From Armatimonadota bacterium (GTDB taxonomy: Bacteria; Armatimonadota; UBA5829; DTJY01): a DNA stretch of 64,000 nucleotides. Made by a program: the position numbers and the translations under genes. The notes below the pieces were generated by a model that made no database searches, was not told the origin of the DNA, and was given only the letters and a program-made list of their open reading frames with translations. The stretch spans positions 2,632,063 through 2,696,062 of the forward strand of contig OY760504.1 in assembly GCA_963663705.1 (NCBI GenBank), written 5' to 3'. Positions 51,759 to 59,700 of the stretch are shown here, piece by piece. Each line of letters starts with the position of its first letter. Within the stretch, counting starts at the first letter, position 1.

Positions 51759-52648
51759 GTGACATCGCTGTTACCATATTCGATATAGGTTTCACCTATA
51801 ACATCGACGGCCCGGGACAACGGATGGTCGTGTACTTCAAGGGCTGCAATCTCCGCTGTCCCTGGTGCGCGTCGCCGGAGTCTATCGCTGCCGCTTCGGA
51901 AGTCCTGCTGTATCCTGACCGCGCACCCTCTCAGGTATCGCTGATCGACGCCTGTCCCTACGGTGCAGTGAGCGCGATAGGCGGAGAAGTATTGCGTGAT
52001 ACGGACAGATGCCGATTATGCGAACTGCATCCGTGTACCGATTCCGGCACACCTGCCTTTGAGCTGTGCGGCCGAACGGTTTCGGTGAGTGAGATTATCA
52101 GTCAAGCCGAGGAGTACCGGCCATTCTTTGGAAGCAATGGGGGAATAACGATCGGTGGAGGGGAGTCGACCTGTCAGTTTCAGGCTCTCGAAGGGATTCT
52201 GGCTGAACTCCACAAACGCTCTATCGATACGGCTTTGGAGACAAACGGAACACATCTCAGGTTGCCGGAGATTTTCCCACTGCTGGACATGCTGCTGATC
52301 GATCTCAAGCATCCCTTATCCGAGCAGTGCAGAGAGATAGTCGGTCTCGGAAACGAGGTAACTCTGGCCAATATCGCCGCCAGGTGGAAACACGGTGGCG
52401 ATATGGTGGTACGCATACCTCTTGTTCCTGGATACAATTCTGATGAGGCCGTTCTCTACGAATTCGGTAAGGTCCTGGCATCGATTGGGCCGTTGTGCGT
52501 TGAGATATTGCCTTTTCACCGACGAGGGGAAATAAAGTGGCGGTCACTTGGGCTTAGAATGCCTGCCGAATCAGCGAAGGAACCCTCCCGGCATTTGCTA
52601 GGCCAGGCTTATGATATTCTACAGAGTTATGGATTACATGTGAAATGA
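51755..52648 (+). CDS. Glycyl-radical-enzyme activating enzyme (radical SAM).
   Basis: CxxxCxxC motif GCNLRCPWC. SAM-binding GGITIGGGES. Cys-rich insert CPYGAVSA...CRLCELHPC. Its ATG overlaps the GRE stop as ATGA, indicating translational coupling. Confidence 0.8.
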   Translation: MSDIAVTIFDIGFTYNIDGPGQRMVVYFKGCNLRCPWCASPESIAAASEVLLYPDRAPSQVSLIDACPYGAVSAIGGEVLRDTDRCRLCELHPCTDSGTPAFELCGRTVSVSEIISQAEEYRPFFGSNGGITIGGGESTCQFQALEGILAELHKRSIDTALETNGTHLRLPEIFPLLDMLLIDLKHPLSEQCREIVGLGNEVTLANIAARWKHGGDMVVRIPLVPGYNSDEAVLYEFGKVLASIGPLCVEILPFHRRGEIKWRSLGLRMPAESAKEPSRHLLGQAYDILQSYGLHVK

Positions 52649-52721
52649 AATACGCGATCTTCTTCGAAAGATGACCGGCTCTTCGAGTGCGCAAGCCGGG
52701 CTATGCAGGATGTAATTTAGA

Positions 52722-53534
52722 ATGTACCAGATTAGACAGTTCTTTTTTCCATACCCGATAGATACCCCGGAGCTGAGTATACATGCGGTCGGAATACGGG
52801 AAGCGGTGCCTCCCACGGTTACCCACAGGCCCGGCAGCACAGGGGACTGGCTCTTCATGTTCCTCTATGAGCCGAATTTCGTGGACGGCTATGGTGAGCA
52901 GCCGGGGAATACGCTGATAGTCTGGGATCCCGAGCACGGGCATTGTTTTGGCCGGCAGGATATTCCGTGGACACACTCCTGGCTTCATTGCGATGGCAGT
53001 TGCTTGGCTCCGATGCTCGCAGAGTGCGCCATTCCATTGAACGAGCCCTTGCGGATAAGTGCTCCTGAGATGATGGATCATTACCTGGTGCAGATACACC
53101 GGGAGGCTGCATTCTTTTCGTCCCCGGACCCACGCATAGCACGAAACATCCTGCAAAACTGGATCTATGAGATCGGCCGAGATATCCACGGAAGAGACGA
53201 AGCGCCGGCTGTACCCCCTGAGTACCTGGCTGCCAAGCGCCATATTTCCGAGCATTTTGACGAACCGACGAGGCTTGCTGACCTCGCTGAAATCGCCCAT
53301 GTCTCCGTGCCCCATTTCTGCAACCTGTTCAAGCGCTATTTTAATCAATCGCCGATAAGTATGCTGATAGAACACAGGATGCGCTATGCTGCTTATCTGC
53401 TGAGAGATGTTAGCTTATCGATCACTGAGATAGCTGTCATGGTCGGGTATCGGGACCTCTATCAGTTCTCCAAATTGTTTAGTAACCGCTATCACATGTC
53501 GCCTCGGCTCATGCGTGAGCGGCTCATGAGATGA
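52722..53534 (+). CDS. AraC-family transcriptional regulator.
   Basis: C-terminal HTH pair LADLAEIAHVSVPHFCNLFKRYFNQSPISMLIEHRMRYAAYLLRDVSLSITEIAVMVGYRDLYQFSKLFSNRYHMSPRLMRER. Confidence 0.8.
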   Translation: MYQIRQFFFPYPIDTPELSIHAVGIREAVPPTVTHRPGSTGDWLFMFLYEPNFVDGYGEQPGNTLIVWDPEHGHCFGRQDIPWTHSWLHCDGSCLAPMLAECAIPLNEPLRISAPEMMDHYLVQIHREAAFFSSPDPRIARNILQNWIYEIGRDIHGRDEAPAVPPEYLAAKRHISEHFDEPTRLADLAEIAHVSVPHFCNLFKRYFNQSPISMLIEHRMRYAAYLLRDVSLSITEIAVMVGYRDLYQFSKLFSNRYHMSPRLMRERLMR

Positions 53535-53610
53535 TTCCAACTGATGTGACTGGACATCGGCGGGTATGTTTTGATGGCCCGGACGAAATCCGGGCCCATT
53601 TGCGCGTGTG

Positions 53611-54726
53611 CTATATCACTTCGAGGTAGTCTCTGTCCGGTAGCACCGGGAACGCACCGTGTGGCTCGGACTGATACCAGTATGCGACGGACGATATATC
53701 ATCCCGCAAAGGGAGATACCGGCCTTCACTATGCCAGCCCAGACCTTGTACTGTCAGTTTCAGGTCTTGCTTGAAGCGGATCGGATCCATGATGTGGAAG
53801 CGATACATGAGGTGACGATCGCCGGCTTTCCCAAATGATGTTCCTACAGGATAACCCAGGAACGGGGCCGAGAAGTTTTCGCCGAAGCCCCACGCACCGC
53901 CGATGTAGTCCTCTGTGCCGGTTGCGACGATTGTTGGAAACTCCCCGTCACCATCCAGGAAGAACTTGGTCTCTCCTTCACCCCACCAGCCGTTGTTGTT
54001 CTGCTGCCAGGCGAGGGATGTGCCGACGTAGTGCCCCTGGCCGTGCACACCATCGAGGATGGTATAGACTTCCTTGTAAGGGAGCGGGTTTGTACGTCGG
54101 AACTGAGCGTGAAAACGAGCATCCTCGTCTGTCACCTCAGTTATGGCGTAGGTGATGTTGTACACGATCTCCTCGTCCTTTACGGGATTTCTGTTTTCGA
54201 TGGTTATACGGGCGTGCTTGCCGAAAGGCATGGGGAAATAACAGTTCATTGCTCTGGTAGGATTGACATTTATGGGCAACGACAGGATGGGAGTTTGTAT
54301 TCCAAGGCCGTTACAGAAGAAGTCGGCTATGGGAGATTCGACACTGGGAGTCTCTTCGTTATCCCAGTACATACGCAGTATCAGGTCGCGCATAAACACC
54401 GGCTCCTGACTAAACGTGAGGAAGAGGTGCTGAATGCAGCCGGGACCGTCTACGTCCATTATTGTGGTGGTTGTTCCGGCAGGGAATATTGGGTGTATGC
54501 GAACCTTCCACCCGCGTCCCAAATCACGAGCCGCGTGTTCAGCAATATCCTTATCCGTGAACCATGTCTGCCCTATACGCTCAACATCGGGTGGCGGCGT
54601 TGTCGTAATTTCCGCCATGCATGCGCGTCCCTTCTCTCCGTATACGTTCTCGGCGTTGATCGATCGTGTCTCCGCGTTGGAGAGTCGAAATATGTTACCC
54701 AACCCCATTCCCATTCCTGAAAACAT
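53611..54726 (-). CDS. DUF2961 / GH172-like protein, a putative glycoside hydrolase.
   Basis: Motifs RMYWDNEETPSVESPIADFFCNG, YFPMPF and GEGETKFFLDGDGEFPTIVATGTEDYIGGAWGF resemble the DUF2961 family. Recalled from memory, not searched. Confidence 0.4.
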   Translation of the reverse strand: MFSGMGMGLGNIFRLSNAETRSINAENVYGEKGRACMAEITTTPPPDVERIGQTWFTDKDIAEHAARDLGRGWKVRIHPIFPAGTTTTIMDVDGPGCIQHLFLTFSQEPVFMRDLILRMYWDNEETPSVESPIADFFCNGLGIQTPILSLPINVNPTRAMNCYFPMPFGKHARITIENRNPVKDEEIVYNITYAITEVTDEDARFHAQFRRTNPLPYKEVYTILDGVHGQGHYVGTSLAWQQNNNGWWGEGETKFFLDGDGEFPTIVATGTEDYIGGAWGFGENFSAPFLGYPVGTSFGKAGDRHLMYRFHIMDPIRFKQDLKLTVQGLGWHSEGRYLPLRDDISSVAYWYQSEPHGAFPVLPDRDYLEVI

Positions 54727-54789
54727 GTTTAAAGCTCCTGCAAGTTAGTGTTACTGACAATATTGTACCTCTTACATTGAGCCTTTGGA

Positions 54790-54936
54790 ATGGCGGATGT
54801 TAAGCAGTATTTGTGGAATCTTAAGGTTGTATGTGGAAGTGTTGCCCAAGTTGCGAGAGATCTTGGGGTAAATGCAGAGGCTCTACGCCGCTGGGTAAGG
54901 CAAGCCGGATGGCGGCGTGGGCATTACTCCAGATGA
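54790..54936 (+). pseudogene. IS3-family transposase OrfA N-terminal HTH fragment (48 aa).
   Basis: MADVKQYLWNLKVVCGSVAQVARDLGVNAEALRRWVRQAGWRRGHYSR* contains the IS3/IS911 OrfA HTH SVAxVARxLGVNxxxLxRWV. Confidence 0.5.
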
Positions 54937-55099
54937 GCCTGGGGACGCCTAAAACACGAAGAGCAGAGAGCACGCAGAGATGCCACTTTCCACTGTGATC
55001 TTGCCCTGAATTTTCGGGCACCGATTACCTATGCCGCATACGCGGCTAGTTGGAACTGAAACTCGAACTCAGCCGGGGTTGGAGTAGGCACATGAGCCG

Positions 55100-55133
55100 G
55101 GTTATATTGGGACAACCCGACGTTATTGTTACC
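55100..55133 (+). repeat. Direct-repeat copy of the motif at 46265-46299. Patchy homology extends about 300 bp downstream (agggcttttRcatattaac at 46411 and 55393).
   Basis: ggttatattgggacaacccgacgttattgtt versus ggttatattgggactaacccgacgtttttgtt, about 30/33 identical. Confidence 0.55.
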
Positions 55134-55920
55134 TTTTGTGCTGGTACTACAGGACAGATTCCAGGTTATTTTCTCTGTTGTCATCTTTGTGTAGTCGATA
55201 ACCATAAAATTCTGCCACGTTTTTTGATGCAATGCAACGCCAACTAAAATGCTGAACTGATCCATGCTTTGCATCACGTTGCGTGCACTCGATATTGCGA
55301 TTCCGGAAGGCGAAGATACGAAACTCGCCTGATAGTATCACCACTAAGCAGACATCTTCCAGTGCTAACCTTGAGGCAATTCGCATCGTTGCAGGGCTTT
55401 TGCATATTAACTCTTTATTATCGCTTACCACCTGGCAATTCATAAGCGGCATCCGCTGATATAACCTGGAGATACGTCGATCTACTGCGGATGATTAATG
55501 CCTGCTGGGCAATTATTAGCTGTATGCCTACAGGTAACTGACCTCGGCCGCTGCAAAGCAGGCATTTTTTGCGTTAAAATTGCGTTTTTTGGAAGAGAAT
55601 CTGTACTTATCAATATGGGTGTATCCTCAAAATGAAAAGGCCCCGACAAAACGGTTTGTTGACAAATCTGGCAATTGCCGGTATACTGCATCCAATGCGC
55701 TGAAACGTTTCGCGCACGTCGATTTTGCGTCGGCTGTAGATGTGCATCAGCTTCGAGGAGTGTCCAACGATTTTGGAGATGGTCGTCGTAGATTGCAGCT
55801 CAGGGTAAAGATAATCCGCATCCCATATTCCATGCAATGCGAAATAACCATCTGGCTACCAGACCGGAAGATCACTGGATTATATATCATCGCATATCCA
55901 AAGAAGAAACTTAAGACGGT

Positions 55921-56246
55921 TTGATGAGTAATCTGGCTGACTGTCTGCACAAGTGGCTTGACGACGAGTGTCCGACCAGCGCTCTGCTTGCCCGTGAGTT
56001 GGGAATTCATATGCCTTACCAGCTGGAAGTGGTTGGATTTGACAATCTGAGGGTCGGCAAGTCATGCATCCCGCCGTTTTCTACCACGAACCTGATTTCA
56101 CCTATGCCGGAAAGATCGCCGCCAGAATGGCTATCAAGCAGGTAGAATGCATTCAAACAACCGTTCCTATCATACGGGTGCTTCCGGTTCCGCTGAAGGT
56201 ACCAAGCTCAGACGAGGTCGAAAGAATTACCGAATGCGTGCGATAA
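55921..56246 (+). pseudogene. Frameshifted C-terminal remnant of a LacI-type sugar-binding domain, probably a decayed GntR/LacI-hybrid regulator paralogue.
   Basis: LEVVGFDNLRVGKSCIPPFSTTNLISPMPERS and, in a second frame, YHEPDFTYAGKIAARMAIKQVECIQTTVPIIRVLPVPLKVPSSDE. These parallel MVGFDNLPHGRIFRPTFHTTGPDFARAGQIAAETAFEAIDKG...ILPVPII of the intact regulators. Confidence 0.45.
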
Positions 56247-56534
56247 TCTCTCCAGTGGCTTCTAGTCCAGCGGATATGTTTTCGTGCAGTTCTGAATATG
56301 TTGCTGGAAGACAAGACGACCGATCTGCTTAAGCTTCTCACGCAGCTCCAGCTTTATTCGTGAGCCTTTGCAAAAGTTGGGAATGGTCTTGTAGCTTAGA
56401 TTACTATAATTGCTATTCAATGACTGCTATACAGAGGTTGAGTTTCCTGCCGCACCACAAAACGCCACTTGGTTGTAATGCAGGCAGCAAAAATCCTTTT
56501 GTAAGGACGGCCCATTGCAACTTGGAGAAATAAG

Positions 56535-57866
56535 ATGATTAACATCCGATCGAGCAGGCGGTGGCACCTGAGACTATGCGTATTGGTTGCAACCTGCTTG
56601 GGGCTTTTGCTCTTTACCAGTGGATGTTCTAGGCCTCCGAAAGAAGCTAAGAATACGGTTCATTTGCGCTTCAGCGTCCTTGGCTGCAAGCAGGAATCAG
56701 ACTTGGCGGAGGCTTTTGCCAGGGGGTTTGAGAGAACTCATCCCAATATTAAAATAGATATAGAACCGGTGGCTGGGATGAGCTATGATATGAAGCTTAT
56801 CATGCAATCGGCTGCTGGGACTGTTGCGGACGTTCTCTTTCTTTCTGACTCGCTTGTCCCGGAGTTTTCGAAATTCCATGTCGTCCGCGATCTTTCCCAG
56901 GATATAAAAAGAGACAAAACCTTTGACATCAACAGCATATATCCGCAGATGATGGTTACCGGAATGGATGATCAACGTCATGTTTATATGATTCCCAGGG
57001 AACTGAGTGTTGTTTCGCTTTTCTATAACCGCACACTGTTTAAGCGGGCGCATGTTCCCTGCCCAAATGAAAACTGGACCTATGAGGACTTCACCAAAGC
57101 TGCCAAAAAGCTAACTATCAAGGATGCGGACGGGCATATCAAACAGTATGGTTTTTTCGGATCTTACGCCTGGCCACAGATTTACGTCTCTTGGATTGAA
57201 GCCAATGGTGGACACGCAATGACAAACGGCAAGTCTACCTTGTCTTCTCCGGAATCGATGAAGGCATTGAACTCGCTTCTGGACATGGTGTGCAAAGATA
57301 AGTGTGCAATGTCTCCCAATACTGCCCGAGCGAATCCGCAGATAGACCCGTTTGTGGGCGGACAGGCCGCAATGACAGCGCAGGTCTTTTCGCAGGTTCC
57401 GCAATTCCGCACCACTATGAAGCAATTCGACTGGGATGTGGAGATGATGCCTATTGGGACCGTCAGCCGTGTGATAAGCATCGGTTCGGCCGGCTATGGG
57501 ATTTATGCCAGGACTAAGCATCCGAAAGAGGCTTGGGAGTTTCTCAAGTATATTGAGAGCAAGCAAGGGCAGAGGTTACTGGGCAACGCCGGGAGCGGAA
57601 CCCCCGCTGTCAAATCCCTGGCGTATGACAAATGCTGGCGCAAACCGGGTCTTCCGCCCAAAAATCTGGACGCTTTTATCAAGGGCGTCAAATATGGAAT
57701 CCAGTGGAATAAGATTAGTCCGTTTTCTTCGCCGGAGATATCCGACAGTGTCGCGGAAGCTTTTGAAAAAGTCTTTGTCGGCATGGAGTCGCCGGAACAG
57801 GCTTTTAAGAAAGCTGATGAGAAGATAAATATCCTTCTAGCCAAGGAGCGTGCTGGTGATGATTAA
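56535..57866 (+). CDS. ABC transporter substrate-binding lipoprotein (carbohydrate, family-1 solute-binding protein).
   Basis: Lipoprotein signal LLLFTSGCS. SBP_bac_1-like sequence throughout. Confidence 0.8.
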   Translation: MINIRSSRRWHLRLCVLVATCLGLLLFTSGCSRPPKEAKNTVHLRFSVLGCKQESDLAEAFARGFERTHPNIKIDIEPVAGMSYDMKLIMQSAAGTVADVLFLSDSLVPEFSKFHVVRDLSQDIKRDKTFDINSIYPQMMVTGMDDQRHVYMIPRELSVVSLFYNRTLFKRAHVPCPNENWTYEDFTKAAKKLTIKDADGHIKQYGFFGSYAWPQIYVSWIEANGGHAMTNGKSTLSSPESMKALNSLLDMVCKDKCAMSPNTARANPQIDPFVGGQAAMTAQVFSQVPQFRTTMKQFDWDVEMMPIGTVSRVISIGSAGYGIYARTKHPKEAWEFLKYIESKQGQRLLGNAGSGTPAVKSLAYDKCWRKPGLPPKNLDAFIKGVKYGIQWNKISPFSSPEISDSVAEAFEKVFVGMESPEQAFKKADEKINILLAKERAGDD

Positions 57867-58761
57867 AAAGACGAACAAAAACTCTGGCAGAGAGGCGATC
57901 GAAGGTATACTTTTCGCCATGCCGCTGCTCATCGGCCTCCTGGTATTTACTTTCTGGCCCGTCTATCGCTCGTTCATGATAAGCCTGTGCAGGTATAACA
58001 TAATTACTCCTGCCAGGTACATTGGGGCTAGCAATTATATCGAGCTCATGCACGACACCTTCTTCTGGCAGTCGCTCAAGGTGACTACTATCTACTCGGT
58101 CATCAGCGTGCCGGTCGGATTGGTGGTGTCGCTGGCGATAGCCGTGTTGATGAATCAAAAGGTGCGAGGGATAGCGATCTTCAGGACTATCTACTACCTT
58201 CCGGCCGTTGTCTCCGGGGTCGCGGTCTCTTTGTTGTGGGTCTGGATATTCAATCCTGACTATGGGCTGGCCAACATCGCATTGAAGGCTGTGCATATTC
58301 CTCCCCAGCAGTGGCTCGCTTCTCCGAAGACTGCTCTGGGCTCCCTCATACTCATGAGCCTTTGGGGGACAGGCGGCGGAATGGTGATCTATCTGGCCGG
58401 ACTCCAGGGGATTCCGCAGCAGCTCTATGAAGCAGCTGAGCTTGACGGGGCGAACAGTTGGCAGCAGTTCATCAATGTGACCGTGCCTATGCTGACTCCT
58501 GTTATCCTATACAACCTGATAATGGGGATAATCGGCTCCTTCCAGGTTTTTACGCAAGCTTTTGTTATGACCAGCGGAGGACCGGCAAACTCTACCCTCT
58601 TTTATGTGTATTATATCTTCCGGCAAGCATTTAGCTACTTCCATATGGGCTATGCCTCCGCCATGGCTTGGATACTCTTTGCTATCATACTGTTGCTGAC
58701 ATTGCTGGTGCTTAAGTCGTCCAGCGCATGGGTTTATTATGAAAGCGAGAGGAAAGGTTAA
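57850..58761 (+). CDS. Carbohydrate ABC transporter permease (MalF-like).
   Basis: Six TM helices. EAA motif YEAAELDGANSWQQFINVTVPML. Confidence 0.85.
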   Translation: MLVMIKKTNKNSGREAIEGILFAMPLLIGLLVFTFWPVYRSFMISLCRYNIITPARYIGASNYIELMHDTFFWQSLKVTTIYSVISVPVGLVVSLAIAVLMNQKVRGIAIFRTIYYLPAVVSGVAVSLLWVWIFNPDYGLANIALKAVHIPPQQWLASPKTALGSLILMSLWGTGGGMVIYLAGLQGIPQQLYEAAELDGANSWQQFINVTVPMLTPVILYNLIMGIIGSFQVFTQAFVMTSGGPANSTLFYVYYIFRQAFSYFHMGYASAMAWILFAIILLLTLLVLKSSSAWVYYESERKG

Positions 58762-58764
58762 ATA

Positions 58765-59610
58765 ATGCCTGCTGGTGTAAGACAAACAAAGACCTGGAAG
58801 AAGGTCGCGACATATGTCGTATTGCTCTTAGGAGCCTGCGTGCTGATGCTCCCGTTTTTGTGGATGGTTTCCACCTCGCTTAAGACAGCGGATAAGGTGA
58901 TGATATTTCCACCACAATGGATTCCGCATCCAGTTGTCTGGCGCAACTTCATAGCAGGCTGGAAGACGATGCCGTTTAACCGGTATCTGGTGAACACCTG
59001 CATCATCACTTTCACGGTGATATTGGGGAATCTCTTTACAGCCTCGCTTGCGGCCTACAGCTTTGCAAGGCTGCGGTGGCCTGGGAGAAACCTTGTTTTT
59101 ATGGTGACGCTTGCTACCATGATGCTCCCGGCGCAGGTAACTATGATTCCGGTCTTCCTGATGTTCCGCGATTTTGGATGGCTCAATACATTTAAGCCGC
59201 TCACCGTTAGCGCGTGGCTCGGTGGCGGAGCTGTAAATATCTTCTTGTTGCGTCAGTTCATAATGGGGATCCCAATCGAACTGGAAGAGGCGGCGCGTCT
59301 GGATGGATGCAGTACGTTCGGCATTTACTGGCGGATTGTTCTTCCACTGCTCAAACCGTGCCTCGCCGTGGTTGCGATATTTACATTCATGGGTACTTGG
59401 AACGATTTCATGGGGCCGCTAATCTATCTTACAACTCCGGACAAGATGACGCTTGCGTTGGGTTTGCAGTTCTTCTCAGGGCATTATGGGGTGACGCTTC
59501 ACTATTTGATGGCGGTATCACTGCTGGTGATGATGCCGTGTCTTGTGATCTTCCTGTGCGCTCAGAGGACGTTTATTTCCGGAGTGAATATGTCTGGGAT
59601 TAACAGGTGA
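58765..59610 (+). CDS. Carbohydrate ABC transporter permease (MalG-like).
   Basis: TM helices. EAA motif LEEAARLDGCSTFGIYWRIVLPLLKP. Confidence 0.85.
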   Translation: MPAGVRQTKTWKKVATYVVLLLGACVLMLPFLWMVSTSLKTADKVMIFPPQWIPHPVVWRNFIAGWKTMPFNRYLVNTCIITFTVILGNLFTASLAAYSFARLRWPGRNLVFMVTLATMMLPAQVTMIPVFLMFRDFGWLNTFKPLTVSAWLGGGAVNIFLLRQFIMGIPIELEEAARLDGCSTFGIYWRIVLPLLKPCLAVVAIFTFMGTWNDFMGPLIYLTTPDKMTLALGLQFFSGHYGVTLHYLMAVSLLVMMPCLVIFLCAQRTFISGVNMSGINR

Positions 59611-59700
59611 TTCCATTTGGCCTATCCCGGTTCTCCGGACACCTGCTTAAGATGTGTGCACGCATTAACCTTTATTCCATACCTGAAAGGCGACAATAAC

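Noticed and set aside
54031-54720. 229-aa plus-strand ORF opposite the DUF2961-like gene
   Set aside because: Antisense to the ORF that carries the conserved GTGTEDY and PMPF motifs.
55498-55570. Long-loop hairpin aatgcctgct...agcaggcatttttt resembling a terminator
   Set aside because: It lies in degraded, non-coding IS-remnant DNA with no upstream gene to terminate. Possibly a relic. Not called as a functional terminator.
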